Below, piece after piece: positions 36,893 to 50,479 of a stretch of DNA of 64,000 nucleotides. Source of the stretch: Eledone cirrhosa (Eukaryota). The stretch lies in NCBI GenBank assembly GCA_964016885.1, contig OZ024754.1, positions 18,228,001-18,292,000 on the forward strand, written 5' to 3'. The position numbers and the translations under genes were made by a program. The notes under the pieces are model-generated. The model was not told where the DNA came from, ran no database searches, and saw only the letters and a program-made list of their open reading frames with translations. The first letter of the stretch is position 1. Each line of letters begins with the position of its first letter.

Positions 36893-36906
36893 TATGTGTG
36901 TGTGTG
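36807..36906. repeat. (TG)n microsatellite
   Basis: Seen directly. Confidence 0.98.
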
Positions 36907-37899
36907 TTAGTGTCTATGTTCTGTACTGTATCTTACTAATTCAACAAAAGGGGATTGATAAAATAAGCATTATAGATGATACGATTGACTAAATCTCTCA
37001 GAGATGGTGCCCCAGCATGGCCATTCTAAAGACTTTTTAGATAAACATAAACACTCATAAATATAAAGTGGCTCCTTGGAAATGACCAAACTAAGAGGTA
37101 GAACTGATCAAGATTAAGAATAAAGAAACTTTAACCTCTTTAACCCAATACTGCCTCTGTATCTATGAAACAAATCCACCCATTTTAAAGAGTTGGTAAT
37201 TAAAACATTCCAATTTATTTAACATTTTGTTATATTACATCACAATAAAAATTATAATTTTAGTAAATCCTTTCCAAATTTGTTATTAATTAATTAAAAT
37301 ATTTCATTAAGATCATTGTTATGAAAGGGATAATAAAAAAAAAAGGAGATTCTTGTGCTGTTTGTCCATCAGGAACCGATAAAGACCATGACTAGCTATT
37401 TAATATACAACACCCATGTGTATATTCCATGTTGGAGAAGCTAATGGGGGGGGGGGGTATATATTTTTTTCACAGCAGAAGAAAATGAATAAAAAAAATA
37501 TCAAAACAGTTTTAGACATAAAACTCTGTTAACAGGAATATTAATCAAAGATGATTCAGAATATTTAGCCATTTTGATACAAAACTGTTTGAAACTACTC
37601 TGGTTCTGAGGCAAAACTATTTAAAAGTGTATATATCTATCTAAAGAGCTTCCATTAAAATTTTATGTTATGTTCCAAACACTAACTTTTAATAATAAGA
37701 AAATCAATTATATTCCTAAATTCTTTAAAAGACTATTTTCAAAATGAATTAGAAATCATAGGCAGTGTCTTTCATTTGAAATATGGTAACAAAAGGGGTA
37801 AATGACTTGTAAGCAACATTAGTTACATAAATATTAAAAGATAGGTTTTGAATGTGAAGAATCTGAAGAGGGTATAGAGAAAAACAAAATCAAATATAA

Positions 37900-38400
37900 T
37901 CAATTAGATGCGCAAGGTAGAACATGTGTGTAAAAGCTGATAATAATTGGCTTATAAATTCTCTTGAAGATGTATATAAAAGTGCTGTAATCAAATTCTG
38001 AACTGCCAATGAATACAGTAAAAAATTAATTGTAAAAGAAAAAGTCCACTGGGGTTTTGTCCTCAATGCCTTTCTATTTATTATAGTTCTTGATCAATAA
38101 TGGAAATATTTTACGTGTTAAAGACATGATTTTTATTGCAGAATAGTTTGAGGAGCTGTATATTCAAAACCTTCAAGAATGGTCTAGAATCCAAACACTT
38201 ACCAAATTAGAAAAAAGAGAACCTAAAATTGATAGTGCATCTGAGAAGTGATGTTGCTTGATATAAGAGCAAGTAAGTAGGAACTCAATATTATGTACTC
38301 AATACTGTGAGCTCAAGTGTTAAATAAAGAAAGGTTCTCTGGTAGAGCAACAGGAAGGCAGACTTCAGATGTGTTGAATAAACTGGAGTAGATAGCAGTA
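37900..38400 (+). mobile_element. Heavily decayed RTE RT fragment
   Basis: GTCCACTGGGGTTTTGTCCTCAATGCCTTTCTATTTATTATAGTTCTT resembles the coding sequence for VHQGSVLSPLLFIIVL. Confidence 0.5.
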
Positions 38401-39483
38401 CAGACACTCATAAAACCAAGTCCATGAACTATTTAACCCTTTTCATTAAAAAATGCCAGATGTCATCCCTTGTTCTAGGATATAAAACTATTTTTAAATG
38501 TTTATATTTATCTAAAACTCTTCCATAATAATTTTATGTAAGTGGTAAGAAACTTTCAAGAGAGCTGAACAGAAAAAGTTCTTCAGATAAAAAAAAACCC
38601 TCACAAGTGAGTGTTTCGGCCATTAACTTCTTACACTGTAAGGGGGCCAAACTGCATCTAGGTCATGACTCCTGGGTGCCTTTCTGCTGACTTTTAGCCA
38701 TTCAGAAATTGGAGACTTGTTGTATATTTAAACCGTATGGAGATTTTGTTGACAGGATGTAGCTGGAATTCCTCTCAGTTGCCTCTACTTTCAAACTAAG
38801 AATTATTCTTGTTAGTTATACTCTAAAATAAGCCTAATAATGAGAAAGTTAATATTATTAAATCTCTCCAAATTATTTATTATTTTCAAAATAATTTGAA
38901 AATCATAGGCAATGTCTTTCATTAGGATTATAGTACTGACAGGGTTAAATGGCTTATAAGCAATGGGAGTTATATAATTAGCAAAAGGTGAGTTTTGGAG
39001 TGTGCGATTCTGAAGAGGCTAAACAGAAATGTTACATGAAATATGATCCATTTGATGTGCAAGGTAAAACATAAGTGAGCAGAAGGAGTGATTGGGTTAT
39101 TAAAAATCATTTGATGTTTTGTAGGCAGGTATGTAAGATTGTGGTGACACAATCTTGTCATACGAATGGCTGCTGTGTGTGTGTGTGTGAATCAGTGTGT
39201 GCATGTGTGTAAGTAAGATTGTAGTAACACAATCTTGTCATATGAATGGCTGTGAGTGTGTGTATGTGTCTGTGTATGATTGTTGTGACAATCCTGTCAT
39301 ATGAATGGCTGATGTATGTATGCATGTGTGTGAATGTGTATGTGTGTATGCATGTATGTAAGATTGTACAGAGACAATCATTTTATGTGAATGGCCAGAT
39401 ATAGGTAGGGGGGTCCCTAGTAACATAATTCTTTGATGTGAATGGATGATGTATGCTGAGTGAAAAAGTGTCACTTGTTGATA

Positions 39484-39787
39484 ATGAATGATACCTATGG
39501 TATATAAGGACTGAAGACAATCTACTACACTAAATGAATGATACATATGGTATATAAGGACTGAAGACAATCTACTACACTAAATGAATGATACCTATGG
39601 TATATAAGGACTGAAGACAATCTACTACACTAAATGAATGATACCTATGGTATATAAGGACTGAAGACAATCTACTACACTAAATGAATGATACCTATGG
39701 TATATAAGGACTGAAGACAATCTACTACACTAAATGAATGATACCTATGGTATATAAGGATTGAAGACAATCTACTACACTAAATGA
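39484..39787. repeat. 50-bp minisatellite, about 6 copies
   Basis: Unit TAAATGAATGATACCTATGGTATATAAGGACTGAAGACAATCTACTACAC. Confidence 0.97.
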
Positions 39788-40217
39788 GTTGGATTGTAAT
39801 GATAATGATAATATATCTTCTGAGAATATTAAATAGTTTATATCGAAAAAAAAAAGAAAATTTGAAAATCATACGAAAAGCTGCCATATGAACTATAGAA
39901 TAATGAATAGTTCTTGTGGGAATAGAACTGAGATGGTTGTGAGATTGAACCGTGTATCTGATATTTAGGTCAGAGATGGTTGTGGGAATTGAACCATATA
40001 TCTGGTATTTAGGACAGAAATGTTTGTGAGAATAGAACCGTATATAGGACAACTGCACTACCATTGTACTTAATTTGATTTATTCCACTAAATTAGAGTT
40101 GATATGTATTTTGCCAATTTTACATATAAAAGACAAAAATATCTTCCAATTTGTCCCCCAAAATTTATAAACATATCAATGTTGTAAAACCAAAACAAAT
40201 CAAAGATATATATTTAC

Positions 40218-40380
40218 CTTCACTGGTAGAAGTAAACAATTTTTTACAAATTTCCAATACGCCACCATATTTTTTGCTAATTGTTTCCACAGCATCAGCA
40301 CCTTTTACTTGCATTAAATCTCGTAATTCCTCAAGTGTTATCCCATATTCAGATGGGTGACCATCAACTTCATCCCCCAT
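40218..40380 (-). CDS. ATP2B: PMCA first coding exon (exon probably begins at 40409 with a short 5'UTR)
   Basis: MGDEVDGHPSEYGITLEELRDLMQVKGADAVETISKKYGGVLEICKKLFTSTSE-G matches the PMCA N-terminus; donor gtaaat at 40217; upstream acceptor ttttctgttttgttgtag; phase 1 joins exon 2 in frame. Confidence 0.95.
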
Positions 40381-40427
40381 GATTGCAGCCTACAGCGTAA
40401 TGTCCAACACTACAACAAAACAGAAAA

Positions 40428-43400
40428 TAATAATAATAATAATAATTTCTTTATTGGCCACAAGGGCTTACATAGTGGACAATATAATAGATAGTGCTTA
40501 CAATAGAATTAAGTAAAAACAAATTAACAAATAACAATAAGCAAAAGAATTACACCAATGAAAATTCCCCAATAATAATAATAATGATTTCATTTATTGG
40601 CCACAAGGGCCAACATGCAGGGGACATTACATGGACAGTGGGGGTTTACAATAAACTCGAGTAAAAGAGCACAATAGCAAAAACAATTTAAGAATGAAAA
40701 AATATAAAATAAACCATGTATAAAAATAACAAAATAAATTGCCTAATGGGGGGGGGGGGGGGACCCCACCCCCGGGCAATTCACGTACCCCACCAAACGC
40801 TTCTAGGGCACCCCTCTCCTCCACAAATTAACCAGCCTACAGGCGCATTATCAGACTAGGCCCACTCACACGGGACATTCTCGCAACACTCATCCACCTT
40901 TTAGCCAATGTACTGGGGGGCAGCACTTCTCTCCACCCTCACCTTCCTATCCAAGTGAAACTTGAAGTTGATGAGGGATTGGTCGAAGAGAAAAGTGTCT
41001 GTCTTCAGTCCCTTCATCCTGGTCCACCAAACAACCTCTTTTGCAATGGCCACCAGACAGGAAAATTGCCTGCCCTTCTTTGCCAAAATAAGGCGGAGGG
41101 TCGATCTTCACTATAGACTCAGCCAATAGCTGGATCCATTCCACACGCGACAGTAGCTGTCAGTGATGTACGGACATTGGACGAGTGCGTGAAGAACAGT
41201 TTTGTCACTCTACGTGCATCTCAGGCAGGTCTGTCTGACAGCACTTCCATGCCTGTAGAGTTTCTCGAAACGGCAGTGCCCCACCGGTAGTACTGCCAAG
41301 CGAGGGATTTCTGGAAGTTATCCATCGTCCTCGGCTCGAAAGTCCTTCAGAACAGACTGGTCGGTTCGACTTCGTCGACACCCAGAGCCTCTCTGAGTGT
41401 GTCATCGCACGTGCCCACCACTAATCCTCCATAGAACTCGAGAGTGGAAGTTCCATTGACCGCATTGCCCGCCTGGTAGAGGGCAATGAGTGCCTGGCAA
41501 CATTTCAGATGTCAATCCTTCAGTCTCGGTCTCTTCTTAACCCAGGAGTGCATCTCAGTCAAAGAGACAACCTGCGGAAAGGCCCATCTGAGAAACGGCG
41601 ACCACACCTGTTCACTGTTTAGGCGGAATATCTAGAGATGCTGCAGCCTCAGTGCATGTCTGTGCATCATTAGCCACGGCATGTGCAGTACTCCGTGTAG
41701 AGGGTGCTAGCAGCAGATGGATCGCCTCACTAACAGAACCTGTCACCTCCACAAGAAGTTGAAGGGGAGCTGTTCGAACTTGGCGAGGCACAGACAGGAG
41801 CAAGGCACGATGTTCAGGCGAAAGTAGATGACAGGGGCGATGTACGCAACACCACCTCTGCCCGACCTTTCAGCAAGAGCTTCTGAGCAGCCCAATTCTG
41901 GATGAGACTGGCTACCCTGATTGTCACCTCATCCCAATTCTTATCCACCTGGAGGTCTGGTCTGAACCAAACCCTGAGCAACTTTAACGGTCCATCTGTC
42001 CAACGCCCAATGATGCTGTTGGATGGCATGGACTTGCCTCTCCAGGTGCCAAGCTGCAAGCCCACCGACTTTTCTGGGCTAGGTTTCGCTCCTGTCAACC
42101 TTTCATATTCAATAATGGTGCCAACCACCTCGATTTCCGAAGTGTCCGACACGATCAAGTGATGTCGTCCACATGAGCCAACACAACCTTTCTGCGACCC
42201 ATTTCGAGTGGGATGCCTTGCATCAGCTCCAGCTTCGGCAGTAAAGGCTCGAGAGTCAATACATACAGAAAGGAGGAGAGAGGGCACCCTTGACGGAGAT
42301 CTGAAACGGTTCTGAGAGGTGGCCATTAACTTTGACCACTGAGTAGGTGCCGCTGTGCATTGCAGCGATATAGCTTCTGAAGACAGGGTCGAAGCCAGCT
42401 GCCTTGAGGACAAACTCCAGATACCGATGGTTGACCCTATCGAATGCTTTCAATTGATCTAAATTGATCAGAGCCTACTGAAGCCAGGTTTACACCCTAC
42501 CCTCTCTATGATGTATCGCATGAGGTGGAGGTTGTCATGTATGGACCAGGTTGGGATTGCATAAGTTTGCGTCTCGCCAACCAAATCTTCGATGACAAGT
42601 GTTAACCTCTTCGCTAACACCTTAGCCAAAATCTTAAACTCTGTGTTGTGCAGAGTTATGGGCCTGAAGTTGTCTAATGTATCCCTCTTGTTCTCGTCTT
42701 CCCTTATCAGTGTCACTACGCCCCGGCTCACAGAACTGCAAATATTTTCGTTTTACTGACCATTTGCAGTAGAGTACTTTGAGGAGATCGGAGAACAAGT
42801 CTGGCATGTTTATGTAAAGCTCGTAGGGCAGGCCATCCAAACCGGGTGACTTGCACCTCATGCAGCCGACAAGGGCATCCTGAATTTCGGCTGAAGTTAT
42901 CGGCCTTTCACAGTGCTCATTGTCGGCCGCCAAGGGGTGCAGATAGCCATCGAGGTAGGGACTAAAGTCCGCTACCGTCTCTGACCCGCCACTCCCCTGA
43001 ACAACCGAGCAAAGTGCTGGCAAAAGGCCTCACACATCCGCCTGGAATTGCTCAGCTCGTGTCCGTCAAAGACTGAGTTATGGTTTTATTACACCTTTGG
43101 TCCCCTCGTTTCTCAGAGCACGCCCCTTAGCTCTGACAATGCAACCTTCGTGTTTCGCATTGAAGAAATCGTCTAATGCTATTCTTGATGCTTGCACGTC
43201 AGTTGCAATGCCACAACAAATAAGCCTCGTGTAACTTAGCTACCAGCTCACCCTCCTTTCTATTTTTCTCTAATGCTTACTTTTTTGCTAAACCCTATCG
43301 AAATTACTCTTATCTCTCTTTTGAGAGCTCACCACTACCTGTTATTGACAACCCCCCAACCCCCATCAACTTTTGCTTAACTAAATTGTTGACCCGGTCC

Positions 43401-45945
43401 CTGTAAGCCTTACGTGCCGTAAACGACATGCTGAGCTACCAGTAACCAGGTCCTAACCTACACATCTTCTCAAACTTGTGATCTGAATAGGCGACCATTT
43501 TAAAACGTGGACAGCTTACAATATTTCTATCTATTTTCCTAATGAAAATCCTGTCTATATATGATCTAGATGACCCTATGGGGTTGATCCAGGTCCACAC
43601 TGGCGCATTATGGAAATCTAGTCGGTACCAGTCAGACAGTTGGAACTGGCTGATCAGGTACTTGAGGCTTTTGTTCCCCCTCCCCTATCAGCTACTCCCA
43701 CACAATCCCAGCATGCGTCTAAGATGCCGTTCCACTCCCCCACTAACAGTGGAGGGCGAGACATACCCAGAAAGGCTTCCAGGCGCCTAAAGAAGTGTGT
43801 AGACGGCTACCAGTCTAAAGGTACCACCTTCGCTACTGTTCACGTCCAGGATCCAGAAGATCAACCTTACCTCGAGATCCAGGTCTTTCCTAAACAGCAC
43901 TACCATCCCACCTCCCATTCCTGGCTGACTAACAGATGCGAAGATCTGATAGTCATCGAAAATGGAGGCTAGTGCATGTGTGTCGGCAATCCTAGTCTTG
44001 CTGATGGCAATTACATCCATTTCTAGAGACCTGAGTTCGTTGAACAGGCGACCTTGCTTCCAGGGTGACCCCAGGCCATGAACATTTAAACTTCCTACTC
44101 TTAATATGGCCATGTTGGCAGGCTAAAAGAGAGGGAGGTTTACTCACATCCTGGGGGCCTTGTGAATGTCGGGTGGTTCGACCTCCATAGTTGGCGGGAG
44201 GTTCTTTTGGGAACCCCTTTACAAGTCTCAATGTGGGTTTCACATTCGAGGTTCTCACGTCCTGAGGAAAGCTCTTCGAATTCTTTTGTAGAAATCGAGC
44301 ACCAGAAACAAATCTGGCATGCGAAATGTGCTTAATTCACCCCCCCCCCCTGTTTGAATTTCTTCACTTCATGCTACGAGGGCCATCAATTTCTCGTTGA
44401 CCCGTCTGACAAGCACAAAGTTTTTTATGTTTCATTGGTGCGGTTTTATTTGTTTCCGTTTGGGTGACTGTGGTGGTGATGGTTTTGTTGGTGTTGATTC
44501 AGGTGTGTCTGTGTTTGTTGTAGGTGTGGTGTCTGTGTGTTTATTTGTTCTTGTGTCTGTTTTAGGTTGTTTGCATTTGGGGGATTGTGAGGCTACTGTT
44601 GGTGTTGTTGGGGAAGTGTTTATGTTGGTGGTGTCTGTATATTTTGTTGTGGGCGTTTTTGAACTTTGTGGGGGGCTTTTCTTTGTGTTTTTTCTTTTTT
44701 GCTTTTTGGCGGATTTGGGTTTTTCCTCATCTTCACTACTAGATGATGGGTCTGCGGCTGTAAGTGTATCTGTAGCTGTGTGTGCGTTTGTTTATGTCCA
44801 TGTGTTTATGGGAGGGGGGGGGGGGGTAATGGGAGAGCTTCCTCTTTTTCCCCCTGGGTCGGTATTGGTGGGGCTGCCGACATCGGTGTTGGAGGGGCTG
44901 TCGGTGTCGGTGTCGGTGGAGCTTTCCCGGCACTGGCAGCAAAGGAGGTTCTCAGCTCCCTGCATTTTTGAGCTGAGGGCAGAAGGCTCGCAGATGCATT
45001 GCTTCACCACAGACGAAGCAGTGCAGTCTTCTTCCCTCAGTAATTAACTGAATCGTTGACCTGTCCTGCAGGCGGGCAAAGTCCGGGATGTTATTTAGGT
45101 TATGGAGAAGAATCTCCAAATCCACCCAAGACCAGTCCTCTCTGTCAGTCTTTTTGATATCCATGAGGGTAGTTGTCATTGTTTTTATTACTTGTTGTTG
45201 TGGTGGTACCACCACAACAACAAGTAATAAAAACAATGACAACATCAACAGCCTCAACATAAACATTAATAACGATAGCATCAGCAACATCAAACAGAAC
45301 AACAATAACAGTGACAACAGCACCACCACCACCAACAACAACAACGACAACACCAACAACAAGAGCAACAAACTAAAAAAAAAAAACAGGTTATCCGCGG
45401 CGGTAGCAGCTGCGAAAACAAAGCGGTTTTTTAACGTCGATATTACAGACAAGAAGCTCCAGTTGGCCCAGGCGTGGAAATTAATTAAATGAGAAAAATC
45501 CTGGGCCAGCCTAACCATCCCGGGCAAAGTAATAAAGAGGAGGACTTTACATTTTCAATGTATTTCAGTGCAGACTCACAAGATGGAGCTCACCAGCCAG
45601 TCGAGGCTACTTTGGAATGCATCAAAGATGATATTGAATACAAAGCAAGGGTCAGACAGTTTGGTACCATCTCGGTGCTGTTCAAAACTGAGGCCTTTGA
45701 TACTAAGTACTCCATGGTCCCCTGCAGAATAGAACGCATCATTATGCACCCATCCTACATAAGAACAGCGAAGGTTGGCATTCCTTGGATCCCACCAGGA
45801 ACGAACCTATGGTGGCGCCTGGGATGTGTAATCGAAGAGAGTACTGACACTACCCTCATGGGTATCAAAAAGACTGATAGAGATTTGGAGATTCTTCTCC
45901 ATAACCTAAATAACATTCCGGACTTTGCCCGCCTGCAGGACAGGT
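40428..45945 (-). mobile_element. Tx1/L1-group LINE, near full length, decayed, with an inverted 5' part
   Basis: ORF1 zinc knuckle CFVCGEAMHLRAFC (about 45020-44980); ORF2 from 44113 with APE start GSLNVHGL; RT KSPGLDGLPYELY, NFRPITLHNTEFKILAKVLAKRL and KAFDRVNH; 3' AATAAA plus (ATT)n tail; about 45200-45945 reads on the + strand. Confidence 0.9.
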
Positions 45946-46246
45946 GACAGTGGTAATAATGGTTTCTAATTTCGGCACAAGACAAACAATTTTAGGGGAG
46001 GGGATAGTCAATTACATCGAGCCCAGTACTTAACTGGTACTATAATAATAGCTTCTACCTTTGACACAAGGCAAGCAATTCAAATTGACCTCACTATTGA
46101 CTCTGTATTGATGAAAGGCAAAGCTAACCTCAATGGTACTTTATTTAATAATAAAAAATATACTTTAATAAAGTACAAAAGAAATTTGACATATCAAAGG
46201 TAATAGATTCTTTGGTTTCTCAACTCATGCAGAATAAAAAGCAAAA

Positions 46247-46444
46247 CCCTTTTGCATTCACATTACTCTATATATACTATTGTATTTTTGTGGTAAAGAC
46301 TTTATCACACACAATATCGAATCTATGAGATTTTGATATTATTTATTTTGAGAACAATACCTTAACATCTGTATGAGCGGCCAGTTACAACTGGTTTGAA
46401 CAGAAAGAGGTGAGAGAATTCTGGCTGGTTTAAATGCTAACAGG
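46247..46444. mobile_element. piggyBac-derived MITE (family A)
   Basis: CCCTTTTGCATTCACATTA ... AATGCTAACAGG|TTAA; homologous to 52448-52661 and 56746-56959 and to the ends of 14073-17873. Confidence 0.75.
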
Positions 46445-47450
46445 TTAAGTTACAATTTTGAACTAACAACAAAAGAGGTGGAATTGGTAAAATCACAGAA
46501 GACAAGATGATAAGCAGGAGCAATGGGGAACACTAACACATCCAGAAGTGTCACACCTTTCATCTAACTATTCCAATTTACTAAATAGTTAACACATCCA
46601 TTTTTTTTTTCCTCTTCAGATTAACTAAACGAAAAATTTGTAATATAGAAAACACAACTAGGCTTGAAAAACAGATAAATGTATTTTTCAATTTACAAGG
46701 AAATACATATTGGGGATGTTTACACACTAAATTTATATGCACATTTACAGTCTTAATTACCTCAATTCTGTGTACATCCAGATATGAATTTATCGCACAT
46801 ACACACACACACACGTGAGAAAAGTGAACAAAGAAAAACAACGCAGGAGAACAATGCAATGATGATATATATTAGGAAAGAGTTTTTATGTTTCAGACAT
46901 TAGTTTTTCATCAGAAGATAGAATGAGAGAGAAGAATTAGAAAGATAGATGAGAGTAAGAAAGAAAGAATTCATCATCATCATTTAACGTCTATCTTCCA
47001 CGCTAGCATGGGTTTAGACGGGAATTGTCCCACTTGAAGCAAGATTGGTTGTCTCGCTTGTATAGGACTGTCTGGCAGGTTTTCTACGGCTGGATAACCT
47101 TCCTAACACCAACCACGTTTACAGTGTGGATAATTGTGGGTAAATAATTTTTATGGGGGGAGGGGGGAGGGGGCTATGTATAGTTAGCCAGCCATATTAA
47201 GATTTTTTTTACCAAGTTTTTCATTTGGTAAAATATATTTTTACATATATTAACTGAAGGCCCAACATAGCTATCTATGACATTGGTAATTGTAACATAT
47301 GACTTCTATAAAGATACTGGCAAATTAGCAGTAAAAACATGCATTAAAGTTCTTAAAAATATGTTAAATCTTGAACAATTATATCTATGTCTCATCTTTT
47401 ATAACCTAAGATCAGATTATCTCGATGCAGTTTTCAAATACATTCCTTAA

Positions 47451-47684
47451 CTCTCTTCATACTAAACTGCCTGAAACCCCTCTTGGTTCTATGATACCAA
47501 GCTGTTTATTTTAAAGTGTTTATATTTATCTAAAAACCTTCCATCATAACTTTATGGAAAAACCTTTAAGTTTTATTCCAAACACCAGTTTAATAATGAG
47601 AAAGTTACTAAATTCCTCCAAATCTCTGATTATTTTCAAAATTATTTGAAAATCATAGGTAGTACTTTTCATTTTAATGGGGGG
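47451..47684. mobile_element. TTAA-flanked MITE, family B
   Basis: TTAA at 47447-47450 and 47685-47688; reverse orientation relative to 33238-33463. Confidence 0.7.
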
Positions 47685-48014
47685 TTAAAATATGGAGTCA
47701 ATTCTTAAAAATAAATGATTACTAAACAAATTAAAAACAGTTTTCTTTTTATAGTCATCATATAACCCATGCTAGCATGGGTTATATGATGTTAAATGGT
47801 GATGATGATGATTTCTATATTCTGTGAAGAATATCTCTAAAACATGAAAACACAAGCTAAACTGAAAAAAACAATTAAAATCAATACCATCCTACTTCGA
47901 AATATACTGCAGCTTTCCCTTCATTAAATTACTTAATATAGAAAGAATACAAACAAATATCCATGTGAAATACCGGTTCCACAGAATTCCATAAAATACA
48001 GACAAACTTCTCTA

Positions 48015-48470
48015 GTGTCATGATAAAACACACCCAGACCCAGTCCACTCTGTAAAGTGGTAGTGCTGGTGCCATGATAAAACACACCCAGACCCAGTCC
48101 ACTCTGTAAAGTGGTAGTGCTGGTGCCATGATAAAACACACGCAGACCCAGTCCACTCTGTAAAGTGGTAGTGCTGGTGCCATGATAAAACACACCCAGA
48201 CCCAGTCCACTCTGTAAAGTGGTAGTGCTAGTGCCATGATAAAACACACCCAGACCCAGTCCACTCTGTAAAGTGGTAGTGCTGGTGCCATGATAAAACA
48301 CATCCAGACCCAGTCCACTCTGTAAAGTGGTAGTGCTGGTGCCATGATAAAACACACCCAGGTCCAGTCCACTCTGTAAAGTGATAGTGCTAGTGCCATG
48401 ATAAAATACACCCAGTCCACTCTGTAAAGTGATCGTGCTGGTGCCATGATAAATTACACCCAGTACACTC
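48015..48470. repeat. 54-bp minisatellite, about 8 copies, followed by a decayed RTE 3' end to about 48716
   Basis: Unit GTGCCATGATAAAACACACCCAGACCCAGTCCACTCTGTAAAGTGGTAGTGCTG. Confidence 0.95.
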
Positions 48471-49370
48471 TAAGACTGCACATGTGATGTATATGGATGA
48501 TGATGGCTGTGTGAAGAAGTGGTAAGAAATCCCAGTGGAAGGAAGGAGATAAGGGAAAACCTTAGCAGAGATTGAGAGAGCTTCTCAAATTGCTGAAGTT
48601 TTCAGATGACGACAAAGTCTACAAGGACAAGGATGCTGTGTTTGAAAAGACCATCCAACACATGCTACATGGAAAAACAGACATAAAACGACAACGACAA
48701 TGATGATGATGATGATCCCTTAACTCTTTTGATACCAACTCCTCAGGCGTCACCATAGGTGCGTTCCTGGTGGGATCCAAGGTATGCCACCATAACCAAC
48801 AAACATATCTCTCTTGTGTTGTCTCAATCTTTGAAAAGGGAATTTTACTTGAAATATTATTGAGGTCAATTAATTATTTCTAAAATAACATTTGAATATC
48901 TTTGTCATAGTTGTTATTATTGTTGTTGTTGTTGTTATCCTGTATACATTGTTAGAGACTTCTATAAATAACTGATTATTCTTGTTTTACAAAACTTAGT
49001 TTTTGTCAAATCATAACCTATTAACCCAATTGTCAAGCTCTGTTAAGCATGTTACAAGTTATAGAGAAAACAAACTCAGGAAAAAGAGAAAATGAAATGC
49101 TAAATAGACATAAATAAGACCATTATTGCTCCAATCAGTCCACAAACACTCAGCAAGCACCCTTAATGCCAACCTGTACCCATGACTCCTGCCAAACCAA
49201 ACAGTACTCACTCTCCAAATTCGGCAAATCAAACGTGGACCACCCATCTTCCCGAACTCAGCATACATAACCAGACCACACAGCCACCAAAGGGGGAAGA
49301 TAGATGTTATGAAGCCGCAGCTGTCTTATTACGTATATATATATGTGTATAACTGGCATAAATTCCATAA

Positions 49371-50147
49371 AATGTACACAATGCAGATCTTGGGTACACA
49401 AGAGATGTAGTGGGATAGCAGGCAAACTAACAGGTAAGGAAAACTATGTATGCAGTAGATGTACAGGGAAAGTTGGCAGTAGTAATTGCAGTGATAGACA
49501 CATTTTTCAAATGCAGGTGGGTTCTATAGAAGTGGTTGATAGCTTCTGGTACCGAGGTGATCAGATTAGCATGGGGAGGGGGGGTGTGTGTTCCAAGTCC
49601 ATATTATCTAGAATAAGGACGGGTTGGAAGAAGTTTAGGGAGCTGCTTCCTCTGCTGACAAAGAAGGGATTCTCCCTGCGTACAAAAGGCCGGTTATATG
49701 ATGCCTATGCGCGATGCTGCATGGTAGTGAGACATGGGCAGCAACTGCAGAGGATATGCGACAGCTGGAGAGAAATGAAGCAAGCATGCTCCGTTGGATA
49801 TGTAATGTCAATGTGCGTGAACGACCAAGCATGGATGAGTTGAGAGAGAAACTGCGTATAAGAGGGATAAGTTGTGGTGTACAGGAGAGAAGACTGAGAG
49901 GTATGACATGTGATGCGCATGGAGGATGACTGATGGGTAAAGAAGTGCCAAGAAATGCCAGTAGAAGGAAGATGCAGTAGAGGAAGACCACGAAAAGCAT
50001 GGGCGGAGGTCGTGAGAGTTGACCTCAGATCACTGAAGCTCACAGAAGAGATGACGAAGGACCGTGACAAGTGGAGAGATGCTGTGCTGAATAGGACCCG
50101 TCTCACCCTTGCAAGCAGGGAAGAGCGGACAAAATGATGATGATGAT
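49371..50147 (+). mobile_element. 5'-truncated RTE LINE
   Basis: NSIKCTQCRSWVHKRC, GWKKFRELLPLL, MLHGSETW and RGRPRKAW; (GAT)n tail. Confidence 0.93.
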
Positions 50148-50479
50148 AATATTATAATGAGCCAGACAATTAGATATCGTCAAAGTTTGCTGCTTTCCAC
50201 ACGCTCAATGATTTTACAAAAATCCTTATGTTGTAAATACAAACCTGTATCAGAGTGGACACATTACATTACATAATGGACAAATGGATTTGCATTGGAA
50301 TGCATAATATAACTTGGAACTGTATACAGTTTCCTTACCACGCCCTGAATGCAGCTAGTTCATTAGCAAAATACTACACATATACAATATTACATCAAGA
50401 TTTCTATCAGATATTTGTGGCTAAGATAGTTAGAAGTATAGATTATGAGACAATTTCACTACTGCTGTAGTGTCATGTT

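Noticed and set aside
44397-45047. 216-aa hydrophobic ORF as a membrane protein
   Set aside because: Reverse complement of the A/C-rich, low-complexity LINE ORF1 tail.
45088-45492. Asn-rich ORF as a host gene
   Set aside because: It spans the inversion junction and the (AAC)-rich 5' part of the LINE.
47929-48447. 18-aa repeat proteins (also 15-aa repeats at 22422-22844)
   Set aside because: Unit lengths are multiples of 3 in TE-derived VNTRs; no splice or homology support.
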